Shown here: piece by piece, positions 8,773 to 17,570 of the stretch
Layout of the letters: each line of letters begins with the position of its first letter
Position numbering within the stretch: position 1 is the first letter of the stretch
Assembly: GCA_964640155.1 (NCBI GenBank)
Contig: CAZXEQ010000006.1
Coordinates: forward strand, 69,013 to 101,012
DNA length: 32,000 nt
From: an uncultured bacterium
GTDB taxonomy: Bacteria > Auribacterota > JACPWU01
Reading direction: 5' to 3'
Program-made: the position numbers and the translations under genes
The notes under the pieces: model-generated
Told to the model about the DNA's origin: nothing
The model's input: the letters and a program-made list of their open reading frames with translations, nothing else
Databases searched by the model: none

Positions 8773-9789
8773 TTAAACTAAGGGAGGAGATACATGTAAA
8801 GAAGATTTGTTCTGAGGTTTCCATTTCAGGAAAAGAAAACCCAATAAACCTAGAATTAATGCAAAGCTCAATAACAAGACATGAAAGCAAAAAGCTCCTG
8901 CAATCACTTCTTCTTTTTTAAATCCGATCAATAAAAAACCTAATGTCCATCCTCCTTCAATCGTCCCAAATCCTGCGAAGCCATAGATCGGCAAACTAGA
9001 AGCTAACTCCGAAAAAGTGGTTCCTAAAACAGTTTCCCAAAATGTAATGGTATGAGTAAAAATAATATTTCGAACAATTGCATAAAAAGCTACAAACTTT
9101 GTTCCCCATCCCAACATGGTCAAAGAAATAAATGTCCCTAACTGTCGAGATTTTCGTATTTCATAAAGATCTTGCGCCAAGCGATTCATAAATTCTAAAA
9201 CTTTCAAAGCAAGCTTTGATTTTAAAAGTCCTGTCTTTTCAAAAAATCTTTGAAGCGTCTGAGTACCTCTTCTAGAAAAAAACATCACAAAAACAACCAG
9301 AATCACAGGAATAGAAAAAAATGTGGTTAGAAAAAGCCTGTATCGCGGTACTGTTATCTGATTCCAAAATATGACAATTGAAATTAAGAAAAAAACTGCC
9401 ATCGATAATATGTCAAAAATACGCGCCAAAAGTAACGTTGCAACCCCTTGAGAAGAAGGGATCGAATGAATTTTTCGAAGTAAAACAATATAAGAAAGCT
9501 CTCCGGTTCGAGCAGGCATCAAATGATTTAATATATTATGAATTGAAGTAACGCAAAAAATGGATGAAAGAGGAATGGTTTTTGACAAAATCATTTTTCG
9601 CCAACGACAGGCTCTAAAAAAAACACTTAAGACATAAAAACCAAATGGAATAATCAAAGAGAAAAGAGAAATTTTCTTAAAAACAGGAAGAAAGGCATGC
9701 AAAGAAATCTGTTTTAGAAGAATCCATGTGATGAAAAGTCCTAAGAGACTTCCAATAATCACACGTAGAAGGACAGAGCCTTTCTTCAT
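8773..9789 (-). CDS. UPF0104/flippase-like (lysylphosphatidylglycerol synthase TM-region-like) membrane protein
   Basis: 338 aa with about 8 TM segments and 'FFRACRWRKM' after TM2, as in the TIGR00374 family. It overlaps the grpE stop by 4 nt. Confidence 0.65.
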   Translation of the reverse strand: MKKGSVLLRVIIGSLLGLFITWILLKQISLHAFLPVFKKISLFSLIIPFGFYVLSVFFRACRWRKMILSKTIPLSSIFCVTSIHNILNHLMPARTGELSYIVLLRKIHSIPSSQGVATLLLARIFDILSMAVFFLISIVIFWNQITVPRYRLFLTTFFSIPVILVVFVMFFSRRGTQTLQRFFEKTGLLKSKLALKVLEFMNRLAQDLYEIRKSRQLGTFISLTMLGWGTKFVAFYAIVRNIIFTHTITFWETVLGTTFSELASSLPIYGFAGFGTIEGGWTLGFLLIGFKKEEVIAGAFCFHVLLLSFALILGLLGFLFLKWKPQNKSSLHVSPPLV

Positions 9790-10445
9790 GGTTCTGTCGG
9801 AGTCGAATCCTGGGCAACAGCTGATTCTTTAGAGACTTTAACCTTGCTGGGGCGAATCACCTTACCATGTAACGCATAACCTTTTGACATCTGCTCGACA
9901 ACAAGATTAGCTGGCTTTTCTTTGGCTTCCTCAAAAGCCACAGCATCGTGCTTAGAGGGATCAAAAGGTTGATTTAAAGCTTCAATGGCAGAAACACCCT
10001 TTTTAGAAAGACCTTCTTGAAGCTGGCGATGAATCATTTTAAAACCCAACAGGAGATTTTGAATATCAGATGTACTTTGAGCAGACGTCATCGCACGATC
10101 AAAATTATCCAAAACATCTAAAAGCTCTAAAATAAAATCTTCCAAAAGAAATTTTCTAAATTCTTCTTTTTCTTTCACATTCCTTTTTCGGAAATTTTCG
10201 AATTCAGCTTGTACTCTTTGGAGATGATCCAAATAAAAATCAGATTGAGTTGCTTTTTTCTCAAGCTCCTCAAATCGAGCTTTGGATATAAGAATATTGT
10301 CTTCTGAGCTTTCTTTGGCAGGTTCTTGGTGTGATTCTTTTTTTTCTTCAGTAACCTTCTTAGAAGAGGCTTGATCTAACTTTTCTTGTAAGTTTTGAGA
10401 AGTTTTTTTTATCTTATCATCTTCCATAAGAACCTCTTGCATCAC
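9786..10445 (-). CDS. grpE: nucleotide exchange factor GrpE
   Basis: 'AEFENFRKRNVKEKEE' and the C-terminal beta-domain 'FDPSKHDAV...GYALHGKVIRPSKVKV'. It has an acidic/Lys-rich N-terminal extension. The start is GTG 10445 or ATG 10442, both overlapping the rpoZ stop. Confidence 0.9.
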   Translation of the reverse strand: MMQEVLMEDDKIKKTSQNLQEKLDQASSKKVTEEKKESHQEPAKESSEDNILISKARFEELEKKATQSDFYLDHLQRVQAEFENFRKRNVKEKEEFRKFLLEDFILELLDVLDNFDRAMTSAQSTSDIQNLLLGFKMIHRQLQEGLSKKGVSAIEALNQPFDPSKHDAVAFEEAKEKPANLVVEQMSKGYALHGKVIRPSKVKVSKESAVAQDSTPTEP

Positions 10446-10657
10446 TTGCCTTTTTCCTCAGCTAATTTCTTAACCAAAATTTTTCCATTTAAAAACTCTT
10501 TAATTGCAACATCTACTGGATCTTTTAAATGCTTTTCGTCAACAGTAGCTCTATCTCCCCTCATCAATTGACGAACTCTTTTAGCAATCATATTAACAAC
10601 CAAAGTTGTTTTTTCTTCTTTCTTGCAAAGATCTTCTAGCAAGTTACGATTTACCAT
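10442..10657 (-). CDS. rpoZ: DNA-directed RNA polymerase subunit omega
   Basis: 71 aa. 'LEDLCKK...TTLVVNMIAKRVRQLMRG' fits the RpoZ signature (xxYxLVxxAAKRARQL). A GAGGAGG Shine-Dalgarno is present. Confidence 0.7.
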   Translation of the reverse strand: MVNRNLLEDLCKKEEKTTLVVNMIAKRVRQLMRGDRATVDEKHLKDPVDVAIKEFLNGKILVKKLAEEKGK

Positions 10658-10704
10658 TTAAAACCTCCTCATTTACAAGCATTTAAGGTTGGGGAAAGGG
10701 AGGG

Positions 10705-10733
10705 AATATATCAAAAATTTGATGTAGAGTCAA
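10705..10733 (-). promoter_or_regulatory. candidate sigma70 promoter of the rpoZ-grpE... transcription unit
   Basis: On the minus strand: TTGACT (10733-10728), a 17-nt spacer, then TATATT (10710-10705), about 45 nt upstream of the rpoZ ATG. Confidence 0.6.
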
Positions 10734-10766
10734 TGCTTTTCGGGGGCTGTTCTTTAAAACTAAATC

Positions 10767-11414
10767 TTATTCTAAAAGTCCACCCATGGCCCTTAAAAAT
10801 AAGGGAAGAGAGTCGCATTTTAGATATGGATTGTCTTTCTTTTGTTCGGCAAGTGTTGCTGTAGGGGCATCAGAATAATTATGACCAGGATAGAGGATAA
10901 TGTCATCCTTCATTTGCCTTAACCGAGATAAGCTCTGAAACATTTCCTGCGGGTCTCCACCTGGCAAATCACAACGTCCACAATAATTAATAAAAAGTGT
11001 ATCCCCAGAGACCAATGAATCTTGAACAAGAAAACATTGTGAACCTGGAGTATGTCCTGGGGTATGAAGAAAGCGAATGGTAATTTGTCCTATATTTAAA
11101 GTATCTTCTCCCCTGACCTTTTGAATATTGGATTGAAACTTCTTAAGAGCAAAAGCATCTTTTTCATGCACATGAACAGGAATATCTTTTTTCTTCAAAA
11201 GACCCTCTAGTCCATTCACATGATCAAAGTGATGATGGGTAATCAATGCACCTTTAAGTTCCAAATCGGCTTGTAAAGCTTCCTCAAGAATCCGCTGAGG
11301 CTCCCACCCAGGATCGATAACCACTGCCTCCCGGGTCTGAGAACATCCAATGAGATAAACAAAATTCTGCATCGGACCCACTTCAAATTGTTTTAAGATA
11401 AGCGAAGAGTTCAT
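10767..11414 (-). CDS. MBL-fold metallo-hydrolase (glyoxalase II / persulfide dioxygenase-like)
   Basis: 'ITHHHFDHVNG' metal motif, 'HTPGHTPGS', 'GDTLFINYCGRCDLPGGD' and 'YPGHNY'. It overlaps the DUF1802 stop by 4 nt. Confidence 0.85.
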   Translation of the reverse strand: MNSSLILKQFEVGPMQNFVYLIGCSQTREAVVIDPGWEPQRILEEALQADLELKGALITHHHFDHVNGLEGLLKKKDIPVHVHEKDAFALKKFQSNIQKVRGEDTLNIGQITIRFLHTPGHTPGSQCFLVQDSLVSGDTLFINYCGRCDLPGGDPQEMFQSLSRLRQMKDDIILYPGHNYSDAPTATLAEQKKDNPYLKCDSLPLFLRAMGGLLE

Positions 11415-11998
11415 TTATTTTCCGAGGGTTCTAAAATCTTTTCAATGGCATGCTTTTCTTGATGAAAAAGAGTATTTGATAAAACAGGATTTCCTTCCGT
11501 AGAAAAATTTACGTCCAAATTAACCCAGGATTTACACCCACCATATTCTTGCTTGAATGGCACTGTCACTTGTTGAGGAAGTTGAAATACTCTTAAAATA
11601 AGACAGTAGAGAAACTTCTCTTTCCCCCAATTAAACCGTTCTTCAATCAGGGAGGGAGTCCAAATATGATGACCTTCAAGTTTTTTGAGTTTCTCTAATT
11701 CTGTAATTTTATAAACATTCTGAACGCTAGCATAATATTGAATATGAATTTTCCCATCCTGAACATGCTCAGATGTTAACTGATCTAGACGAGCATGAAC
11801 CCCAGAGATAAGCTCTTCTTTGTTTTGATGTTCATAGGTCGGAAAAAGAAAAAATTCTCTGGCCTCGATTTCAAACTCTCCCGTGGTTTCGGATATTCCA
11901 CCTTTTCTGAAAATCAAGGTCTGTCGACCTGAACCCAAAGCATCAACAACAACCGCCCATTCTTTAAAGGCCTTATTATTTTTTTGAAGAACTTTCAT
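11411..11998 (-). CDS. DUF1802 family protein
   Basis: 'FKEWAVVVDALGSGRQTLIFRKGGI...FFLFPTYEHQ' matches my memory of DUF1802. The start is placed at ATG 11998 with GGAG 8 nt upstream. The listed start at 12013 is a TTG. Confidence 0.65.
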   Translation of the reverse strand: MKVLQKNNKAFKEWAVVVDALGSGRQTLIFRKGGISETTGEFEIEAREFFLFPTYEHQNKEELISGVHARLDQLTSEHVQDGKIHIQYYASVQNVYKITELEKLKKLEGHHIWTPSLIEERFNWGKEKFLYCLILRVFQLPQQVTVPFKQEYGGCKSWVNLDVNFSTEGNPVLSNTLFHQEKHAIEKILEPSENK

Positions 11999-12139
11999 AT
12001 GATTATGCTCCAAACCTATCGTGGTATTCCCTATTTACTGTAATAAGTTAACAAGCTCAAGAATACTCTAAAAAAATTACTTTTGTATCTATTTTCCAAA
12101 AATCTCAGCAAAGAAATTCTTCATAAATCTTTCCTTTAA

Positions 12140-13168
12140 CTAATAGCTGCTTGTATCTAATTTCACTTTCCCTCGGAATATCCAATAAATACAAACAGTA
12201 TAACTCAGTACAAGGGGAATCCCTAAAGCTGCAATGATTAGCATAATTCCTAATGTCTTTTGAGAAGAGGCTGCATTATAAATCGTTAAACTATTCTCAG
12301 GATTTGGTATCGAGTGAACCATATTAGGAAACATTCCAATACCAAATAAAGTCATCAAAGCAATCACAGCTGCGCAAGAGGATAAAAATGCACGAAAATC
12401 TCTACTCTGATGGATTTCACGTGGAATATTAGCAATAGCAAGAATATTCAAAAACGGAACAATAAAAAGAATGGGATTGTTTTTGATCCATAACGTCATA
12501 CTGGGAACATACAATAAAGTAAATAACGTCGTCGTAGCATAACAGAGAATAAAAAAAATAATCGTATTTCGAACCCAGCTACGAACTTTATTCTGAAAAG
12601 GTCCTTCTGTTTTCAAAACAACATAAATAGCTCCGTGCATCATAAACAAAGCAACGGTGGTTAAGCCCAATAATAAACTGTACGGATGAATCAATCCCAG
12701 TAATGTACCTGCATATTCTCCTTCTAGAGACAAGGGAATGCCCCAAGCCAAATTGCCAATCACCACTCCAATCAGAAAACTAGAGAAAATACTTGCAAAG
12801 CTAAAACTTAAATCCCATAACATGCGCCACCATTTCATAGGCTGCTTGCTTCGAAACTCGATAGCTACAGCTCTAAAAATAAGAGTAAATAAAAGCGCCA
12901 TGAAAGGCAGATAAAAACCTGAGAATACTGTCGCATAGGCATTGGGAAAAGCCGCAAACAAAGCTCCCCCTCCAGTGACAAGCCATACTTCATTGCCATC
13001 CCACACAGGCCCAATGGAATTAAGCATCAATCTGCGTTCTTCATCTGTTTTGGTGAAAAGATGCAAAGCTCCAACTCCTAAATCAAAGCCATCCAAAACA
13101 GCATAGCCGGTAAATAGAATTCCCACCAAAATAAACCAGACAATGTTTAGATCAAAGTTTAAATGCAT
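12140..13168 (-). CDS. cydB: cytochrome bd ubiquinol oxidase subunit II
   Basis: 342 aa. 'LNIVWFILVGILFTGYAVLDGFDLGVG' and 'GPVWDGNEVWL' are canonical CydB motifs. Confidence 0.95.
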   Translation of the reverse strand: MHLNFDLNIVWFILVGILFTGYAVLDGFDLGVGALHLFTKTDEERRLMLNSIGPVWDGNEVWLVTGGGALFAAFPNAYATVFSGFYLPFMALLFTLIFRAVAIEFRSKQPMKWWRMLWDLSFSFASIFSSFLIGVVIGNLAWGIPLSLEGEYAGTLLGLIHPYSLLLGLTTVALFMMHGAIYVVLKTEGPFQNKVRSWVRNTIIFFILCYATTTLFTLLYVPSMTLWIKNNPILFIVPFLNILAIANIPREIHQSRDFRAFLSSCAAVIALMTLFGIGMFPNMVHSIPNPENSLTIYNAASSQKTLGIMLIIAALGIPLVLSYTVCIYWIFRGKVKLDTSSY

Positions 13169-13224
13169 CTCAAACCTTTCGCAAAATATCTTTCAATTTA
13201 TCTTTTCTAAAACATACACCTTGT

Positions 13225-13363
13225 ATCGTTCAACTGAACATGAGGACCATTGGAAATCGAGCGACCATGGAACCCCGATAAATATCGGGGTGAGTGAGAT
13301 TTCCTTTGAGTCTGTTTGGCTCGCAGGGCCAAACAGACATGTCTGAACATTCGGTTGAACGAT
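13225..13363. other. multi-helix structured element inside the cydA-cydB spacer (unclassified)
   Basis: Closing 10-bp helix ATCGTTCAAC (13225-34)/GTTGAACGAT (13354-63). It encloses GGAAATC (13252-58)/GATTTCC (13298-304), which contains the hairpin CCCCGATA/TATCGGGG (13273-90), and an 11-bp hairpin GTCTGTTTGGC/GCCAAACAGAC (13310-38). CTGAACAT is directly repeated at 13234 and 13343. Confidence 0.45.
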
Positions 13364-13386
13364 TCAGCATCAGCCACCTCTCTCTT

Positions 13387-14736
13387 CTAAACTTCAGCCC
13401 GACCTGCGTGAACGATTTCATCCTGCGGCCCTTTTCTAATTTTTTGATCCAGTAAAAAAATAAATACAGCAAATAAAAGCAAATAAACCATTGAAAACAT
13501 AATAAGAGAAACCCAGATATGATTTGAATTAAGATTCTTTGAAACACCTTCAGAAGTTCGTAGAATGCCATAAACAATCCAAGGCTGTCTTCCTACTTCT
13601 GCAGCTATCCATCCTAACTGATTAGCAATCTGAGGGCCTAGCACTGCCAAAACAAAAAGACGCAAAAGCCATCGTGTTTCAAAAAGTCTCCCCTTTTTAA
13701 GAAGAAACACTCCCGCCAAACTTAAAAAAATCAAAAACATTCCAATCAAAATCATGGCGTGATATGACAGAAAAACAATATTCACCGGGGGACGATCTTC
13801 TTTTGCAAAAGCGTGCAAACCTTTAACAGGCTTTGTACTATCCCCATGAATCAGAAAACTTAATAAGCCTGGAATAGCAATACCATACTTTACAGTTTCA
13901 GATTTTTCATCGACCCAACCAAATAAGTGATACGCAGCTGGAGCATTTTCTTCATAGTGGGCTTCGAAGGCTGCCATTTTAGCAGGTTGATATTGACTCA
14001 CCGTAAGAGCGCTGAGATGGCCCGTAATCAATTGTCCAAGAGAAGCCACAACAGCAACGATAAGGGCAATTTTAATAGAAGCTTTTGCAAAATCCAGATA
14101 CTTCTTTTTTAATAAATAATAAGCACTCACACTTAAAACAAGCCAGGCACCTGCTTGCCAAGCTCCCATCATGACATGGCTTAATCGATCCATGGAAGAT
14201 GGATTAAAAACCAAAGCCCAAAAATCTGTGATTTCTGCTCTAGCCTTTGCGCCTTCTCCTACAATATGAAATCCTGCAGGAGTTTGCATCCAGGAATTGG
14301 CTACCACAATCCACACAGCACTAAACATCGCTCCCAATGCCACCATCAAAGTCGAAAAGAAATGCATTTTAGGCCCGACCTTATCCCAACCAAAAAGAAG
14401 CACTGCTAAAAATCCAGACTCTAGAAAAAATGCAAAAATTCCTTCTGCGGCAAGTGCACTTCCAAAAACATCTCCCACAAAACGGGAATAGGTTGCCCAG
14501 TTAGTTCCAAACTGAAATTCCATGACTATTCCAGTTGCAACTCCCATTGCAAAAATCAAACCAAAGATTTTGACCCAGAATTTCGTCATTTGATGATAGA
14601 GAGGATTTTTTGTAACTAAAAAGCAGCCTTCCATGAAAACAAGAATAAGACCTAATCCAATGCTCATGGGCGGGTAGATATAATGAAAGGCAATGGTCAA
14701 CTCAAATTGAATGCGAGATAATAATAAAGCATCCAT
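13387..14736 (-). CDS. cydA: cytochrome bd ubiquinol oxidase subunit I (short Q-loop)
   Basis: 449 aa. '[23 protein letters not shown]', '[16 protein letters not shown]' and '[12 protein letters not shown]' are canonical CydA motifs. Confidence 0.95.
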   Translation of the reverse strand: MDALLLSRIQFELTIAFHYIYPPMSIGLGLILVFMEGCFLVTKNPLYHQMTKFWVKIFGLIFAMGVATGIVMEFQFGTNWATYSRFVGDVFGSALAAEGIFAFFLESGFLAVLLFGWDKVGPKMHFFSTLMVALGAMFSAVWIVVANSWMQTPAGFHIVGEGAKARAEITDFWALVFNPSSMDRLSHVMMGAWQAGAWLVLSVSAYYLLKKKYLDFAKASIKIALIVAVVASLGQLITGHLSALTVSQYQPAKMAAFEAHYEENAPAAYHLFGWVDEKSETVKYGIAIPGLLSFLIHGDSTKPVKGLHAFAKEDRPPVNIVFLSYHAMILIGMFLIFLSLAGVFLLKKGRLFETRWLLRLFVLAVLGPQIANQLGWIAAEVGRQPWIVYGILRTSEGVSKNLNSNHIWVSLIMFSMVYLLLFAVFIFLLDQKIRKGPQDEIVHAGRAEV

Positions 14737-14782
14737 ACATTATCCTAAACGCAATAAATAATGATATTTTCCCAAGAAAAAA

Positions 14783-15328
14783 TTAAACTTTGGTGGGATC
14801 CAAAGTAGAAAGGATATTAGCAAGGTCATCCGCATGTTCTTCTTCCATCGCTAAAATTCCTTCAAGCATGCGTCGTGTCGTAGGATCCTTTTCTCCAACA
14901 TATCGAATCATTTCAGCATAAGAATCAATCGCAATACGTTCTGCAATGAGATCTTCTTTAACCATATCGACCAAAGAATTTCCCTCTTTATATTCTGCAT
15001 GACTACGCATCGCCAATCCTTCTGGATCAAAATTGGGCTCCCCTCCTAATTGTGTAATTCGACTAGCGATTAAATCGGCATGTGCTTGTTCATCAGTAGC
15101 GTGTTGTAGAAACTCTTGGGCTACCGGCTCAGAATGAATGCCTTGAGCCATAAAATAATGTCTTTTATAACGAAGAACACAAACTAATTCTGTCGCTAAA
15201 GCTTCATTTAAAATTTTTACAATGGTATTGATGTCGCCTTGATAGTTTTGTGTCACTGCTCCATGCTCAATATGTTCGCGTGCACGTTTGCGAAGTTCTT
15301 GTATATCACTTAAAAAGGGTTTGTCCAT
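14783..15328 (-). CDS. ferritin-like / bacterioferritin-family protein
   Basis: 181 aa. 'LNEALATELVCVLRYKRHYF', 'ATDEQAHAD' and 'LAMEEEHADDL' are di-iron ferritin-like helix motifs (ExxH). The gene sits 46 nt upstream of cydA. Confidence 0.8.
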   Translation of the reverse strand: MDKPFLSDIQELRKRAREHIEHGAVTQNYQGDINTIVKILNEALATELVCVLRYKRHYFMAQGIHSEPVAQEFLQHATDEQAHADLIASRITQLGGEPNFDPEGLAMRSHAEYKEGNSLVDMVKEDLIAERIAIDSYAEMIRYVGEKDPTTRRMLEGILAMEEEHADDLANILSTLDPTKV

Positions 15329-15360
15329 AAAAACAGAGCTCCTATTTTTTTAATATTTAA

Positions 15361-15389
15361 ATTATATTATCAAAAAACGTCTTAAACAA
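15361..15389 (-). promoter_or_regulatory. candidate sigma70 promoter of the ferritin-like gene (and probably cydAB)
   Basis: On the minus strand: TTGTTT (15389-15384), a 17-nt spacer, then a perfect TATAAT (15366-15361). Confidence 0.6.
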
Positions 15390-15390
15390 A

Positions 15391-15419
15391 AATTAGAATC
15401 GGATTAGAAAAATCTAATT
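15391..15419. promoter_or_regulatory. ATTAGA repeat / inverted repeat, candidate operator between divergent promoters
   Basis: AATTAGA (15391-97) and GATTAGA (15402-08) are direct copies. TCTAATT (15413-19) is the inverted copy. The motif lies immediately upstream of the -35 of the ferritin-like promoter. Confidence 0.3.
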
Positions 15420-15451
15420 CGTACAACTTGAGTAAAGAAACTTTACGATTT

Positions 15452-15460
15452 TGGTATAAT
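15452..15460 (+). promoter_or_regulatory. extended -10 promoter element for the 125-aa gene
   Basis: TGgTATAAT (TG at 15452-53, TATAAT at 15455-60), about 30 nt before ATG 15491. The -35 is weak. Confidence 0.5.
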
Positions 15461-15490
15461 AAAGACGTCATTCTTGAGAAAGGGAATTTT

Positions 15491-15868
15491 ATGGAAGAAA
15501 TAAATATTAAGAAACTAATTGCAGAGGTTTTAGAAGAAAGCGGCATTATCGGGGATATTGAATTAGCAGGGAAATGGACGGGAGGCACTTTAATTTTGAA
15601 ACCTTTAGATCAAGGTCTTCAATCTAAGGAAATTCCTCTAGAGACTTTCTTCCATAAAATCGTTATGCTCAGAGATCGACTGCGCGTTCTAGAACAAAAG
15701 GTTAATACTCATGCAAAGCTTACAGATGAAGATAAAGTAGAAATGCAACAATACATCACCCGTATTTATGGATCATTAACTACTTTTAACGTTCTCTTTA
15801 AAAATAAAGAAGATCAATTTACCGGAGAGAAAAACAAAGAATCTATTTCAGGAGAAATCACTCAGTAG
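15491..15868 (+). CDS. hypothetical protein (125 aa)
   Basis: The ORF is in frame with listed ORF 15428..15868. The start is placed at ATG 15491 with an AAAGGGA Shine-Dalgarno. It is soluble and helix-rich, and I recognise no motif. Confidence 0.55.
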   Translation: MEEINIKKLIAEVLEESGIIGDIELAGKWTGGTLILKPLDQGLQSKEIPLETFFHKIVMLRDRLRVLEQKVNTHAKLTDEDKVEMQQYITRIYGSLTTFNVLFKNKEDQFTGEKNKESISGEITQ

Positions 15869-16119
15869 TTAAAAAGATCCTTAAGTACAAATGAATGTCC
15901 AGGGCTTGCAGCTTGTAAAGCTCTATGGATTTTATTTTGAATATTTACTGTGAGTCGCCTACCTGTCCGACCTTTTTTAACCATCTTGAATGTCAGTTGT
16001 TCTTTAGATGCATGAACAAGATCAACATTAGACAATCCCAGCTTATTCATGATTTCATCTAAAGGTTGAAGACCCAATTCTTTTTCTGCTGTATTTATAT
16101 TCTCTTCCATATGAAGCAT
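15862..16119 (-). CDS. hypothetical small basic protein (85 aa)
   Basis: ORF co-directional with and 59 nt downstream of the 433-aa gene. It contains '[24 protein letters not shown]'. No Shine-Dalgarno is visible and no family is recognised. Confidence 0.4.
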   Translation of the reverse strand: MLHMEENINTAEKELGLQPLDEIMNKLGLSNVDLVHASKEQLTFKMVKKGRTGRRLTVNIQNKIHRALQAASPGHSFVLKDLFNY

Positions 16120-16178
16120 CTTAATTTATCAAGAATGCAATGCATGCTTGGTTTATTGCTATTACCATACACATTCTG

Positions 16179-17480
16179 TTATTGAAGCGAAGATTTAAGT
16201 TTACCTGCTTTTTCCTTCCAAACTTGAGCTTCACCTGGTTTCTTCAACGCTTCAAGAATTTCAGCACGAATTTCGTACAAAGAAATCTTTAATACAGTCG
16301 CATGATCACCTGGAAGATTGTCCTCAATAAGATGAAAAGCACTATCTATTTGTTCCTGGGCCAAAGCAAAATTTTCACATCGAAAGCTAGTTTTTGCCAG
16401 CCAACAATAGAGATTGGCAATAGCATGATACTTCCCGTGTCTTTCATCTTCTGGATTTGAATAAGCTGGAAGATATCCCTTACGCTCTTGCGCAGAAAGC
16501 TTCTCAGTCCAAAGAATTTTCAAACTGGCCTCAGCAATTGCAAGCGCCGAACGAAAATCAGCATCTGCAGCTGCAAAATCATTTTGTTTAAACTTCAAAA
16601 CACCTCGAGAGAAAAAAACTTGCTGTTCGTGATATCGATCCAACTGATCACCCTTTTTAGCTTTTTCAATTGCTTCTTGCAAGCTCTCCTCACTAAGAAT
16701 TAAAGAATTAGCTTTTTCTTGAGCCACAAGAAATGAATCATATAAAACAAGTAATCTTGTTTCTTCAGGACCTACATACACAGGAAGAGGAATCAATGAC
16801 ACCCCTAAGGAGAACCGTTGTAAAAACCCTCTTATTATATTGTTTGTCCTATCTACATTAAAACTTCCAGGAGAATAAACTGTGATAATCACAAGATGAC
16901 CCACCTTTTTCTTATTATCAGGTTCATAATTATCATGGCCATAAACTTCAATACATAATTCCATTGCTTCTGAAAAGGCAAAACAGCGGCAAAATTGAAC
17001 TCTTTCAGTATTCTTCCATTCAGGATCAGATTTTAAGTGCTGAACAAGTTTTGTCCAGGGTTCATCTTGATTAAGTTTTTCAGATAAAAAGGGGGAACTA
17101 AAAGAATAATAACTCTCTCGGCGATTGGGAAGAGATGTCCCTAAGTTACGCCAGTAAGGAGATATTGTTAAAGTAGGAATCGAAGATGACAAAAATTCTA
17201 TTGTATTATATTGGGGAGGAATATTATTATCACCACTGTACCTTTCCTTTTTAGCATCTAGCATCGATTGATAGATCGCTCCCGCATCAAACTCGCTTAA
17301 TTTCAGAGAAATGGAAGGCTTATCCGAAGAGTTTAATTCAAATAGCTCCGCCACTGAAATCGCTTCCTTCCCCGTCAAAAGTATTTTCTTCTCCACTGCA
17401 TCAGGAGCCCTCGCTGCATCAGCATGCGTAAAAGCAAAAACACCGAGTACAAATATCCACAGCATACGAATCACTTTCAT
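16179..17480 (-). CDS. secreted hypothetical protein with TPR-like helical C-terminal region
   Basis: Signal peptide 'MKVIRMLWIFVLGVFAFTHADA' and a strong AGGAGAG Shine-Dalgarno. The C-terminal ~150 aa contain helical repeat-like segments. No enzymatic motif is recognised. Confidence 0.6.
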   Translation of the reverse strand: MKVIRMLWIFVLGVFAFTHADAARAPDAVEKKILLTGKEAISVAELFELNSSDKPSISLKLSEFDAGAIYQSMLDAKKERYSGDNNIPPQYNTIEFLSSSIPTLTISPYWRNLGTSLPNRRESYYSFSSPFLSEKLNQDEPWTKLVQHLKSDPEWKNTERVQFCRCFAFSEAMELCIEVYGHDNYEPDNKKKVGHLVIITVYSPGSFNVDRTNNIIRGFLQRFSLGVSLIPLPVYVGPEETRLLVLYDSFLVAQEKANSLILSEESLQEAIEKAKKGDQLDRYHEQQVFFSRGVLKFKQNDFAAADADFRSALAIAEASLKILWTEKLSAQERKGYLPAYSNPEDERHGKYHAIANLYCWLAKTSFRCENFALAQEQIDSAFHLIEDNLPGDHATVLKISLYEIRAEILEALKKPGEAQVWKEKAGKLKSSLQ

Positions 17481-17570
17481 TTTCTCTCCTTTTTTATAAC
17501 GAATAGATTAAATTATCACCCGTTACAAGATCAGACATCTCCTTGACTCCACCCATACTCACCTAACCAT

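Noticed and set aside
13230-13577. 115-aa ORF overlapping the cydA 3' end and its 48-codon tail in the cydA-cydB spacer (possible CydX-like small subunit)
   Set aside because: It is out of frame with cydA over most of its length. The spacer-encoded part (MLNRSTECSDMSVWPCEPNRLKG...) is hydrophilic, unlike the single-TM CydX/CydS peptides. The other spacer frame is equally non-hydrophobic.
15382-15588. 68-aa minus-strand ORF spanning the divergent promoter region
   Set aside because: It overlaps the predicted promoters and the start of the plus-strand 125-aa gene. It has no Shine-Dalgarno and its composition is non-protein-like.
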